A stretch of 64,000 nucleotides of DNA from Candidatus Poribacteria bacterium. Its GTDB lineage: Bacteria; Poribacteria; WGA-4E; WGA-3G. Each line of letters opens with the position of its first letter. Position 1 is the first letter of the stretch. This document shows, in pieces, positions 1-9,922 of the stretch. Both the position numbers and the translations under genes were made by a program. The DNA lies in the NCBI GenBank assembly GCA_965205015.1, contig OZ242029.1:4928001-4992000 (forward strand), given 5' to 3'. The notes beneath the pieces are model-generated. The model saw only the letters and a program-made list of their open reading frames with translations. It did not search any database and was not told where the DNA came from.

Positions 1-8
1 AAGTTCAA

Positions 9-1130
9 TTGCAGCCCCAAAACTTCTTAATCTTTTGCCCTCCAGACCAAGAGAACCTATTCACAAAGGACGAGATAATTGAACTCACTACCCCAATTTT
101 AAACCAAGTAATTCCTCACGATCTTTCAAATGTAAAAAAATCGCAGTGGGTTAAGTTAGAAATTATTGAACTTTTAGGATATCAAAGACCTTCGGGGCTC
201 AGAACAAAACAAGCAAAACAGTCTAAACCCAAGTTTATACATCAGTTACTCGATATTTTCGTTCAATCAAGCCGTAATTTACAAGTTTGGAATTATGTAC
301 CGTACGCAGATACCATTATACCGGGCGAATGGAACGCAGAGAGCGAATCTCCCTACCGCTACAAAGATTGCCGTTATCTTCTCGTGTTCCACAACCCTGA
401 AGGCGTTATCCTGAAAACCACTCTTGTGGATGGAAATAAACTTGCCGAATGGGATACTACTGGAACTCAGACCATTAAATGGCAAGCTAGTGCTAGACGT
501 AGTTATCGAAATGAAATATCTTCCCAAATCATCGTTAATCCTATCGAAACCCTTCACAACAAAATCAGTACATATATGCAACACCCCTTAGAGGAGAAGT
601 CAAGATTTATCATTCAAGAGTCCCAAAACCCGGAGTCCCCTTTGATTAAGCAACCACCAACTCCGACATCCTTTTTAACGCATGATGAAATCGCACAAGC
701 CCTTAGAACTTTGATAGGAAAAGAATTTGACAATCTGGGAACCGGGCAAGAAAGAGGCATGGGTCAAACTCTTGAGAAAGAAGTTATCAAAGCCCTTGGT
801 TATCAGTCTTACCAACAGACTGACACAGGCGATTATCCTGACTTACTTCACCAATTGATTGAAGTTAAATTCCAGTTCCGAGGCACAATAGATCTCGGTA
901 AACATCTACCAACCGATCCCTTGCGAATAGAAGCTCCCTGGAATAAATGGGAGATTACTCCCCGAGAAATCCGGTACATTGTTGCCCTGATGGAGCAAGA
1001 TGTCCACGGTAACTTTATTGTTGATTCTATCGTTATCACTTCTGGGGAAAAGTTCAATGAGTATTTCTCAATTTCCGAGGGAACTAACTTCAAAATTCAA
1101 ATCCCTATTCCATTGTCAATTATGCCTTAA
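9..1130 (+). CDS. Putative restriction endonuclease, PD-(D/E)xK type, with internal duplication; probably 5'-truncated by the window edge
   Basis: C-terminal motif 'DYPDLLHQLIEVKFQ' (PD...EVK). Converges on an adenine MTase. The reading frame is open back to the window start. Confidence 0.65.
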   Translation: MQPQNFLIFCPPDQENLFTKDEIIELTTPILNQVIPHDLSNVKKSQWVKLEIIELLGYQRPSGLRTKQAKQSKPKFIHQLLDIFVQSSRNLQVWNYVPYADTIIPGEWNAESESPYRYKDCRYLLVFHNPEGVILKTTLVDGNKLAEWDTTGTQTIKWQASARRSYRNEISSQIIVNPIETLHNKISTYMQHPLEEKSRFIIQESQNPESPLIKQPPTPTSFLTHDEIAQALRTLIGKEFDNLGTGQERGMGQTLEKEVIKALGYQSYQQTDTGDYPDLLHQLIEVKFQFRGTIDLGKHLPTDPLRIEAPWNKWEITPREIRYIVALMEQDVHGNFIVDSIVITSGEKFNEYFSISEGTNFKIQIPIPLSIMP

Positions 1131-3647
1131 ACTTTCCTCAACAACAAACCGGAGAGAATCATTAAACCTATAGAGATGATATACCAGATCATTGAGCCGG
1201 GCTTCTAATTTCGGCAATCCCTCTACATCCGAAGATAAAATTCTTTTAACCTGAGAGACAATCTCCTTCTGCAACGCAAAGCGAAAAATCGACATTGCAC
1301 AAGTTCCATTAGGAATTGGTACAGGAATAATACCACAAGCCAAAATGTCATTTTGAATTCTTAAATCACATACATCAGAAATTTGAGGTCTCACTTCCCG
1401 CCAAACCACTTCAAGTTCTGACTCACCCAAATGGCAATTAATGATTGGATAATTTTCGAGATAACTTTTCCAATAACGATATCGCCCGGCATAAATAAAG
1501 GTACTCGCTTTCACCTTATGATAAAAATCCAATAATTCAGAATTTAGAAGTCCAAGCAAGTAATAACTTTCTTGTCTCGTCTGATTTTTTGGGAAAATCG
1601 CAAAGCAAGAAGCACCTGACATATAACTTTGTGTGTCTAAAGCAAATGTATTTCGAGCTTTAATATCAGGTGTCACAATTTTAAACGGCCTTTGAAAAAT
1701 CTCAGGTTTCTGATGAACCCATATCTCATACCACTTTCTACCAGCCTCTATAAGATATTGTCTTTTGGAAAGTTTCTCATAATGGGATTTTAAGTAACTA
1801 CCAACATAAGGATAATCATCAAGATTAGCTGCGACAACCCTGTCCTTCTTCATCAAGTGAGGATAGAGCACATAGGTATCGGATTTATCCTTGGTGCCAG
1901 TCCACCGTACCCTCCACCTCTCAATGTTGCTTGCCTGAATGAAAGGATAAATTAAGTTCTTTTCAAGTTTGTAATTTTCAATGAAGGCCTCTGTCATTGG
2001 GTGAATGAATACGCTATCAGCCGTTGTTTTCAAGCCCGATGTTATATCTGTGATTTTCCCCAGTAGAACAGGTCGATTCGCTTCTATTCTAGCAATTACA
2101 CTCCGTTCTGCGGGGGATAAGAAGTGCCAAAAGTCATCATTTTTTGTCGGTTGAACAGATTGAATTACGCGCATCGCAAAACTTGTCTTACGCGCTGGTT
2201 TTGACGGCAGATTTATCCGCTCCTGACAAAAATCTTTGGAAGCATAAGAATGGAAATGGGTAAAAATATTTTCGATATCTTGATAGTTTTTATCATAGTT
2301 AATTTCGCGGAGTAGCCCGAACGGAAATGTTGCGTTTTCGCTTTTGCAATTTTCAAGAACAATAACACAAGGGAGCACAGCGGCTCCAAAAACTTTTGTA
2401 TCAGAAAGATCGAAAAGATGGTTTATGGTAGCCCTTTCAGCAATTACTTTCCTAATACCACTCCCTGCATTCGTCGTCATAAATTTGTTAGAAGTAATAT
2501 AGCCTAGTTTTCCATTTGGCTTTAGCAGTTGAAGCCCCCGTTCAATAAAAAGAGAATAAAGGTCAAACCTTCCTACTGCCGAGTCGAACGATTTTAGATA
2601 AGATTGTTTGGCTCCATTCGTATTCAACCTCTGAATTCTGACATAGGGAGGATTACCAACAACGCAGTCATAGGATCTATCTTTGGTTGCCGCGTGGACA
2701 TCAATAAGCGAATCAGCTTGAACGATTGGGAGACATTTGATTAATGGTAACCGTCCTTGCTCCAATCTCGCCCGCGCTATATATGGAATCAAGAAAGTAA
2801 GGTATCCTAATCGAGATAGCACACAAGCAAAAGGGTTGACATCTATACCAACGATTCTATTATGTTCCACTAAGTCTAAAATTCCATCATTGACCCACTT
2901 ATTGTGAACCAGAAAGTCCTGAAAATAACGTTCTAAGGCAGATATGAGGAATGTCCCTGCTCCGCACGCGGGATCAATGAGTCTCTGAAGAAAGAAGGGA
3001 TTTTCCACATTGTCGTTTCGTTGGGGGGTATACCCAACCCAATCTAGAATATATTCCACGATTCTCTGATCTGTGTAAAATTCTCCTAATGCTTTCCTTA
3101 GTTCCGGCGGGAAATAGGTCATATAAAGGTTAGACACTAAATTTCCATTGAGGTTCTCAACCTGAGAAAATAGAAGTGGTGTTTTAACTAAATTCCAAAC
3201 ATCAGACGTAACACAACTATCCTCTTTCCACCACCAAGAATACAAACCTCCATCAAACGAGCCTTCGGGAAAAATATCAGCCAAGCGAGCGAATTCCGCG
3301 CTAACTTCTCGTCCCGGAATATATTGTTGTTCAAACAAGGAAGTTTCAATCAACCCTATATCAACCGCATATTTTAACAATAGTGCTTGAATCCATATGA
3401 AAATGCTTGTCTCCACACAAAAAATTAGTCGTCCCGGTTCAATTTCCTTATACTGTTCCCATTGAGATGGAAGTTCTATTGTTTTATCACCAAACCTGCC
3501 TTTGGTATTTCGGTGATTCTCTGGCTGAAATGCTTGAATAAGGTGAAATATCAGACTATCAAACACTTCTCTGTTTATCAGTGATAGATCGTAATTTTGA
3601 TCCAAAAATGTTTCTTCTGCTTTTCTATTCTCTTTTCTTAGAGGCAT
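1116..3647 (-). CDS. N6-adenine DNA methyltransferase, gamma class (Eco57I/TaqI-like), with C-terminal target recognition region
   Basis: 'GEFYTD', motif I 'LIDPACGAGTFL', motif IV 'VVGNPPYVRIQ', 'DLYSLFIERGLQLLKPNGKLGYITSN', TaqI-C-like 'YYLLGLLNS'. Confidence 0.9.
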   Translation of the reverse strand: MPLRKENRKAEETFLDQNYDLSLINREVFDSLIFHLIQAFQPENHRNTKGRFGDKTIELPSQWEQYKEIEPGRLIFCVETSIFIWIQALLLKYAVDIGLIETSLFEQQYIPGREVSAEFARLADIFPEGSFDGGLYSWWWKEDSCVTSDVWNLVKTPLLFSQVENLNGNLVSNLYMTYFPPELRKALGEFYTDQRIVEYILDWVGYTPQRNDNVENPFFLQRLIDPACGAGTFLISALERYFQDFLVHNKWVNDGILDLVEHNRIVGIDVNPFACVLSRLGYLTFLIPYIARARLEQGRLPLIKCLPIVQADSLIDVHAATKDRSYDCVVGNPPYVRIQRLNTNGAKQSYLKSFDSAVGRFDLYSLFIERGLQLLKPNGKLGYITSNKFMTTNAGSGIRKVIAERATINHLFDLSDTKVFGAAVLPCVIVLENCKSENATFPFGLLREINYDKNYQDIENIFTHFHSYASKDFCQERINLPSKPARKTSFAMRVIQSVQPTKNDDFWHFLSPAERSVIARIEANRPVLLGKITDITSGLKTTADSVFIHPMTEAFIENYKLEKNLIYPFIQASNIERWRVRWTGTKDKSDTYVLYPHLMKKDRVVAANLDDYPYVGSYLKSHYEKLSKRQYLIEAGRKWYEIWVHQKPEIFQRPFKIVTPDIKARNTFALDTQSYMSGASCFAIFPKNQTRQESYYLLGLLNSELLDFYHKVKASTFIYAGRYRYWKSYLENYPIINCHLGESELEVVWREVRPQISDVCDLRIQNDILACGIIPVPIPNGTCAMSIFRFALQKEIVSQVKRILSSDVEGLPKLEARLNDLVYHLYRFNDSLRFVVEESLRHN

Positions 3648-3928
3648 TTAATATTCCTCTCATCAAGTGACAACCACGCGTGCGCAAACTAACAGTTTAC
3701 GCTACAAAATCACGCGGATCATGAAGCATCTTGAATTAAAAATGGTGTCTGTATACTCAAAATCTTGTAAGTAGCAACTTGGGTTATGTTATATAATGTG
3801 ATACCATATTCTAGGGGAGAAGTCAACCCTTTATTTTTCGATTAGTGATTAAAATGGAAATGTTGAGATAAGGTAAATTAACTTTGATTTTCAGAACGTA
3901 AGCCGAATCATTCTGTCGTTCAAAATCC

Positions 3929-3957
3929 TTGACATTACACGTCGAGTTTTATATATT
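3929..3957 (+). promoter_or_regulatory. sigma70-type promoter for the sugar operon
   Basis: TTGACA-17 bp-TATATT upstream of 4087. Confidence 0.6.
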
Positions 3958-4086
3958 ATACCCAAAGTTCACGAACTTTTGGTAATTATTTTTCGTCGAT
4001 TTGAAACCGAGTGGCGTGCTTAATAACAACACTCACACCTCTTATATCGTTAGGATTTATACACAAAATATAGGAGCACAGGAAAT

Positions 4087-5136
4087 ATGCCGAAAATCAA
4101 GGGTCCAGCTATCTTCCTCGCCCAATTTATGCGGGACGAGGCACCATACGACACAATGGAAAATATCGGAAAATGGGTTGCAGGCTTGGGCTACAAAGGT
4201 GTCCAAATCCCCGGTTGGGACGATCGCGTCATTGACATTGGAAAAGCCGCTGAATCCAAAACCTATTGCGATGAATTTAAAGGAACGCTTGACGAGATGG
4301 GGCTTGCAGCGACAGAGGTCGCCGGTTATCTTGCTGGACAGGTCCTGGCTGTGCATCCGGCGTATGAAGTTATGTTTGAGGCGTTCCATCCGCCGGACCT
4401 GCGAGGAGACGAAAGGACTGCGTGGGCAACAGGCGAGCTAACGAAATGTATCCACGCCTCGGTGAACATGGGACTGGATGTTATCCCCGTGCTTTCAGGC
4501 GGCTTCGCGTGGCACACCATCTACCCATGGCCCCAACGTCCCGACGGAATTATTGAGGAGGCATTCAAAGAACTCGCTGCTCGATGGCTTCCACTGCTGG
4601 ACCTGGCACACGATAACGGTCAAGTCTTTGCCTACGAACTTCATCCGGGTTCGGACATCTACGACGGGGCGACCTATGAAATGTTCTTAGATTATACGGA
4701 CAACCATCCCGCTGCCTGCCTCAACTACGACCCAAGTCATTTTCTCCTGCAACAGCTCGACTATATCGACTTCATCCGACTTTACAGCGAACGCATCAAG
4801 GGATTTCACGTTAAGGATGCCGAATTCCGTCCGACAGGTCGGGTTGGCGTTTATGGGGGTTATCAATCCTGGGCTGGACGTGCAGGTAGATTCCGTTCAC
4901 TCGGCGATGGGCAAGTGGATTTCACACAGGTGTTCACACTGCTGACAGAAGCGGGGTACGACAGTTGGGCAGTGCTGGAATGGGAATGCTGCGTCAAAAG
5001 TCCAGAGCAAGGCGCGGCTGAAGGTGCGCCGTTTATCGCTAAACATATCATCGAAACGACGGATGTCGCCTTTGATGACTTCGCAGGTGGAGAAACCGAC
5101 ACGGCACGGAATCGGGATATCCTCGGCTTGAATTGA
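4087..5136 (+). CDS. Sugar phosphate isomerase/epimerase (AP_endonuc_2 / IolE-like TIM barrel)
   Basis: 'YELHPG', 'NYDPSH', 'FHVKDAEF', 'VLEWEC' metal-binding motifs; RBS-like GGAG upstream. Confidence 0.85.
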   Translation: MPKIKGPAIFLAQFMRDEAPYDTMENIGKWVAGLGYKGVQIPGWDDRVIDIGKAAESKTYCDEFKGTLDEMGLAATEVAGYLAGQVLAVHPAYEVMFEAFHPPDLRGDERTAWATGELTKCIHASVNMGLDVIPVLSGGFAWHTIYPWPQRPDGIIEEAFKELAARWLPLLDLAHDNGQVFAYELHPGSDIYDGATYEMFLDYTDNHPAACLNYDPSHFLLQQLDYIDFIRLYSERIKGFHVKDAEFRPTGRVGVYGGYQSWAGRAGRFRSLGDGQVDFTQVFTLLTEAGYDSWAVLEWECCVKSPEQGAAEGAPFIAKHIIETTDVAFDDFAGGETDTARNRDILGLN

Positions 5137-5139
5137 AGC

Positions 5140-5165
5140 GGGCACCCACAAGGAGTGCCCCTACA
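5140..5165. repeat. Single REP-like palindrome (GGGCACCCACAAGGAGTGCCCCTAC)
   Basis: Same unit as the array at 19991-20267; ends in CTAC (GTAG on the other strand). Confidence 0.75.
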
Positions 5166-5213
5166 AACTGTCTACATATCTTGATAATGCACTATAAATT
5201 GGAGTAAGACACT

Positions 5214-6374
5214 ATGGAATCTTGGAATCGGAAATTACGAATGGGTATGGTCGGTGGCGGACAGGGCGCGTTTATTGGCGGTGTCCACCGCATCGCTGCC
5301 ACGCTCGATCAGCAAATTGAAGTCGTCGCTGGGTGTTTCTCACGCGACCCAGACAATACACGAACTACCGGTGCCGAGCTGTATCTCGATCCAAATCGCT
5401 GCTACAACAGTTACACAGAGATGGCGGCAGCCGAAGCCGCGCGTCCCGAAAATGAACGCATCGACTTTGTCAGCATCGTCACACCGAACATCTCCCACTT
5501 TGAGATCGCAAAGACATTTTTGGATGCCGGTTTCCACGTTGTCTGTGATAAACCGATGACTTACAGTCTCGAGGAAGCCGAAGCCCTTGTAAAACTCGTC
5601 GAGGATTCGGGGCTTGTCTTCGCATTGACGCACAATTACACGGGGCATCCACTCGTGCGGCATGCGCGAGCGTTGTTCGCTGACGGTTCCATGGGACAAA
5701 TCCGTAAGGTCATCGTCGAATACCTCCAAGATTTCCTGATGGTCCCGCACGAGAAACTCGGTCAGAAACAAGCCGCGTGGCGTGTTGATCCAGCGCAATC
5801 TGGTATCGGCGGCACGATGGGTGATGTCGGCACACACTGCGTGAACCTACTTGAATACGTCACTGGCGATCCGATCGTTGAACTCTGTGCTGATAAGAGT
5901 ACTTTCCTTCCTGATAGAGTTCTGGATGAGGATGTCAACGCCTTGCTCCGTTTCAAAGGTGGTGGTAAAGGCGTCTTAAGCATCAGTCAGGTCGCCACCG
6001 GCGAAGAAAATGGACTTACGCTCCGCGTCTACGCCGAACAGGGCGCAGTGAAATGGGCGCAAGAGAATCCGAACTATCTCGAACTCTATCGTTACGGTGA
6101 ACCGAGACAGACGCTTACGCGTGGTCAAGGCTACCTCTCTGAAGCAGCAGCAGCAGGCGCACGTATCCCCACTGGACATCCTGAAGGGTATCTGGAAGCC
6201 TTTGCAACGATTTACGTTGGCGTTGTCGAAGCCATTCGCCAACACATTGACGGCGATCCCATGGAAACCGAGGCGTATGATTTTCCGACAGTCTATGACG
6301 GATTGCGCGGTATGCAGTTCATTTACAAAGCGGTTGAATCTTGTGAAAACGGTTCAACGTGGGTTTCAATGTAA
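5214..6374 (+). CDS. Gfo/Idh/MocA family oxidoreductase
   Basis: 'LRMGMVGGGQGAFIG' Rossmann fold, 'VCDKPMT', 'GDVGTH'. Confidence 0.9.
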   Translation: MESWNRKLRMGMVGGGQGAFIGGVHRIAATLDQQIEVVAGCFSRDPDNTRTTGAELYLDPNRCYNSYTEMAAAEAARPENERIDFVSIVTPNISHFEIAKTFLDAGFHVVCDKPMTYSLEEAEALVKLVEDSGLVFALTHNYTGHPLVRHARALFADGSMGQIRKVIVEYLQDFLMVPHEKLGQKQAAWRVDPAQSGIGGTMGDVGTHCVNLLEYVTGDPIVELCADKSTFLPDRVLDEDVNALLRFKGGGKGVLSISQVATGEENGLTLRVYAEQGAVKWAQENPNYLELYRYGEPRQTLTRGQGYLSEAAAAGARIPTGHPEGYLEAFATIYVGVVEAIRQHIDGDPMETEAYDFPTVYDGLRGMQFIYKAVESCENGSTWVSM

Positions 6375-6375
6375 A

Positions 6376-6534
6376 TAGTTATCAGCCATCAGCAGTCAGC
6401 GTAAATAGCCATCAGCCATCAGCAGTCAGCAAGCAGGGTAGACGGGTAGACGGGAAGAAAAGACTGGAAGGATGGATGCCCTCCAATCTTCCAACCTTCC
6501 AACCAAATGCCGATAGCCGACTACCGACAGCCAT
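6376..6534. repeat. Intergenic short tandem repeat (7-8 bp units) with inverted halves
   Basis: ATCAGCC/AGTCAGC units, then GGGTAGAC/CTGGAAGG ... TCTTCCAA/CCTTCCAA, then GCCGATA/ACCGACA units. Confidence 0.65.
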
Positions 6535-6549
6535 TAAAAGGAGATAGTC

Positions 6550-7578
6550 ATGAAAACCTCTAACGCAGAACCTTTCCGTGTCGGATTTCTGAACGTAGAC
6601 TCCTATTCACACATGCCGTTGTGGGCACCTCATATCAACCCGCGCCCCGGTGAGAAGGATACACCGTTTACCGGAATGCGGATCACCCACTGTTGGGATA
6701 TTGAATACGAAAAGGCGAAAGCGGTTGCTGAACCTTACGGTTGCGAAGTCGTCAAGAATTTTGACGATATGTTGGGGAAGGTAGACGGCGTGATCTCCGG
6801 TGGCTACTATAACCACCCATGGAACCACATTCTCCATGAACCGTATCTCGAAGCGGGTTTGCCGAACCTGATCAACCGGCCGTTCGCAAACTCCCTGGCG
6901 AAGGCGCGACAGATGATTGAACTGGCGCAGAAGCACGGCGCGACTATCCTTGCGCCATCGAGCCATGAGCACAACGATGCCATCTCACGCGCCAAGGCGT
7001 GGGCAAGCGATAAACAGATCATCTGCTACACGGCGACCAACTCGTTCGATGACTATCCCACGCACGGAATTCATGGGCTTTACATGGTCTGCAGAGCGGT
7101 TGCGGAGGCGGGAAACCCGGTTGTGTCCGTCGCATATCAGGCGGAGAGTTGGCACAGCCCGCCCGGTGTCCTCACCTTCGAGCATGTCGACAGCGACGGT
7201 CGCCAATTCTATGGGACGCTCCATCAAGTGGGCGGTTCGTGGGGAACAGTTCAGATTCACACGCAGGAAGCCTACGGCGGCGAGAATTTCAAAATATACA
7301 CCGGCACCGGCTATCCGTTCGACAAAACAGAGATCTGGGTACCGACGATTTGGGCGTTCCAGAACATGGCACTCCACAATGAGATGCCACAGACGTTTGA
7401 CGAGATTTTACACAAGACGAACGTCTTCCTCGCGGGTTGGAAATCGGTTCTGGAGAATGATGGCAAACCCGTGAAATTAACGGATGTCGCCGAAGGATGG
7501 GAGGCACCCGCTGAACTGCCGAATCATCCCGACCACGATACGGTTTCTCTGTTCCGAAAAAAGTTCGGAGATGTTTAA
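6550..7578 (+). CDS. Divergent Gfo/Idh/MocA-like oxidoreductase
   Basis: 'PYLEAGLPNLINRPFANSLAKARQMIELAQKHG' and 'YPTHGIHGL' match the family pattern. Confidence 0.65.
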   Translation: MKTSNAEPFRVGFLNVDSYSHMPLWAPHINPRPGEKDTPFTGMRITHCWDIEYEKAKAVAEPYGCEVVKNFDDMLGKVDGVISGGYYNHPWNHILHEPYLEAGLPNLINRPFANSLAKARQMIELAQKHGATILAPSSHEHNDAISRAKAWASDKQIICYTATNSFDDYPTHGIHGLYMVCRAVAEAGNPVVSVAYQAESWHSPPGVLTFEHVDSDGRQFYGTLHQVGGSWGTVQIHTQEAYGGENFKIYTGTGYPFDKTEIWVPTIWAFQNMALHNEMPQTFDEILHKTNVFLAGWKSVLENDGKPVKLTDVAEGWEAPAELPNHPDHDTVSLFRKKFGDV

Positions 7579-8477
7579 ATCGACTCGAATTGCTGATTCC
7601 AGTCGTGATGGGACTTGGCGATACTTTCGGGATTTAAACGACTCCGAGCGATGAAACCGGGAACATTTTCGCGCCCCGTTGGCAATCCGATTTGGCTATA
7701 GCGCGTATCGACACTCCAACGGACTGTATCGGAACGGTTCGGAAGTCCACGGTGAACAACCCGCTCACTCGTCAGCAAAACATCCCCCGCCGCAAGTTCA
7801 GCCGTAACGACATCACCGGGTGGCAATTCTTCATCGCTGATGCCTCTACCTCCCGTATGCCCAGGGGTCTGATCTTGGTAGTTATGCGCAATCAGATCGT
7901 AACGGTGTGAACCTCGGATGACTTGCATGCACCCGTTTTCCTCGGTCGCCCGAATGAGCGGAAGCCAGACATTCACAACCAACGTTTCACCCGCCTCTTC
8001 AGGGATGAGATACGCCAAATCTTGATGCCACGGAATGACGGTAATTGCTTGCTCCGGCAATTTGGCACGGTAATTAAATTGCGGATGTGCAAAGATCTCG
8101 TCACCGATGAGAGCCCCAACGACATCAAGGAGCGCGGGTGCCGTTCTGAGCGTGAACATCCCCGCGGTTCGGATTTTCTGATCTCGGAAATAGTTACTCC
8201 AAATCCAGTTTGGATCGGAGCAGGCATTTGAGACGCGTGCCAATCTCATTTCAAACGGCGCGTCGTCATACGTATCCGACGGATCAAGGATTCCATGTTT
8301 GATTGCCGCTTGCGTGCCTTCATCAACCAACTGCGCTAACTCATCAATCAACGGCTGAAGTGCCTGGTTCGGCAGCACGTTTCGGACGAACAGAAAACCG
8401 TCGTCGTGAAATTGCTGCTTCTGCTGAGGTGTGAGTCCGTTCTGCTGAGGTAATTCCGAATTGTATTGTGTAGTCAT
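7575..8477 (-). CDS. Phytanoyl-CoA dioxygenase (PhyH) family 2OG-Fe(II) oxygenase
   Basis: 'IPWHQD', 'VNVWLPL...ENGCMQVIRGSH', 'VVHRGLPNRSDTVRWSVDTRY'. Start placed at ATG 8477. Confidence 0.9.
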   Translation of the reverse strand: MTTQYNSELPQQNGLTPQQKQQFHDDGFLFVRNVLPNQALQPLIDELAQLVDEGTQAAIKHGILDPSDTYDDAPFEMRLARVSNACSDPNWIWSNYFRDQKIRTAGMFTLRTAPALLDVVGALIGDEIFAHPQFNYRAKLPEQAITVIPWHQDLAYLIPEEAGETLVVNVWLPLIRATEENGCMQVIRGSHRYDLIAHNYQDQTPGHTGGRGISDEELPPGDVVTAELAAGDVLLTSERVVHRGLPNRSDTVRWSVDTRYSQIGLPTGRENVPGFIARSRLNPESIAKSHHDWNQQFESI

Positions 8478-8630
8478 TTTTTTAATTATGTACTCCTGAG
8501 CCTGCGACAAGCATAACAAAAAGCGCGCAGCCCGTAAGCGTAGCGGAGGGGTTTTTGCTTGGGCATTTTTTCAGATGTACGGAAAGGAACACGCATGTCC
8601 CAACCCACCTCACCGAAACGCAAGGAAAAA

Positions 8631-9680
8631 TTAAAAAATTGCAACAGCCCTGCCAATTTCACTGGATTCCATCGCTGCATCGAGCATTTGCATTAGCATC
8701 ACCGCCTGCGAACCGGGATTCAGGGATTCATCGCCCTCTCGAATTGCCCGAATGAATTCCCGCGCCTGAAGCGTTATATCGTCCGCCTTTTGTGGTGGTG
8801 CTTTTATAGGTTTGACTTTAACGCCGTCCGGTGTCCCAACCAGCAGCTTTCCACTTTCGAGCCCTGCCTTCGTGCCGTACAGTTGAAACTCCTGCGTCTC
8901 GCTTTTGACCAGATCGCTTCCGGCTGCTGGCGTCTGTCGATTTGTCGTATTCATCGAAAACGCGACGGCAAAATGTAAGGTACAGCCGTTCTCAAACCGC
9001 ACAAACCCGCACGCAGCGTCATCGGCGGTGTAGATTTGTTCAGGAGGCGCGAGATCGGAAAATGTACAATACATCCCAGCCATCACCTCTGTAGGGCGCG
9101 GATTGCCCATCATAAACCAGACGTTATCAATGGCGTGAATACCGAGATCCAAGAGGACCCCGCCCCCCTTCGCTTTATCGTGCCGCCAGCCCCTCGCAGA
9201 ACACCACCGCGTGCGTATCCACCGGGTTTCCGCGTAGTACACGTCCCCGAGTTCTCCAGCCTGCACGAGCCTGCGCCCCTCCATCAACTGGGACGTGAAT
9301 CTCGATTGGCGGACAAACATATACACAAGCCCTTTGGTCGCCGCGAGTTGTGTGACCGGTATTAACTCCGCTGCATTGTTTGAAGGTGGTTTTTCGCAGA
9401 GCACATGTAATCCCAGCTGCACCGCTTCCTGTGAAACAGGGGCGTGCATCCACGTGGGAAGCCCAATGCAGACCGCGTCTAAATCGCAGGCGTCGAACAT
9501 CTGCCGATAATCGTCGAAAACGCGGACGCCCTTAATCCCATCCAAGACCCTTTTTCTACGGGTGGCATCTGGGTCCGCCAAAGCGACGAGTTCTACATTC
9601 GGCTCTCCGGCGAGAATAACGGTTGTACTACTCATCGTCCCACCCACACCAATGATCCCAACCCTGATTGTATCTTTCAT
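8631..9680 (-). CDS. Gfo/Idh/MocA family oxidoreductase
   Basis: 'IRVGIIGVG', 'HVLCEKPP', 'GGGVLLDLGIHAID'. Confidence 0.9.
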   Translation of the reverse strand: MKDTIRVGIIGVGGTMSSTTVILAGEPNVELVALADPDATRRKRVLDGIKGVRVFDDYRQMFDACDLDAVCIGLPTWMHAPVSQEAVQLGLHVLCEKPPSNNAAELIPVTQLAATKGLVYMFVRQSRFTSQLMEGRRLVQAGELGDVYYAETRWIRTRWCSARGWRHDKAKGGGVLLDLGIHAIDNVWFMMGNPRPTEVMAGMYCTFSDLAPPEQIYTADDAACGFVRFENGCTLHFAVAFSMNTTNRQTPAAGSDLVKSETQEFQLYGTKAGLESGKLLVGTPDGVKVKPIKAPPQKADDITLQAREFIRAIREGDESLNPGSQAVMLMQMLDAAMESSEIGRAVAIF

Positions 9681-9763
9681 CCACACCCTCCATTTCTATC
9701 AACTCAGTTTGAAACACTACAGGTGCGATCTCCGAATCACGAGACACCCCGCAATCAAAACGC

Positions 9764-9792
9764 TTGACATTTCTTGTATGTTCCCATAGAAT
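9764..9792 (+). promoter_or_regulatory. sigma70-type promoter
   Basis: TTGACA-17 bp-TAGAAT upstream of 9923. Confidence 0.65.
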
Positions 9793-9922
9793 ATATCCGA
9801 ATCCGATCTGGCATCCAATCAAATTCCTTGGAAGGACCTGCCACACACTGAGGAGTTGTCAGCAATTGTCTGCAGGTGCCTCCATACCCTAAAACCGATT
9901 CAAAAGGAGGAAAATTCTTCTC

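Noticed and set aside
9793-9922. Structured 130-nt leader (ACCTGC...GCAGGT)
   Set aside because: Only a short stem and a single copy, with no match to an RNA family I recognise.
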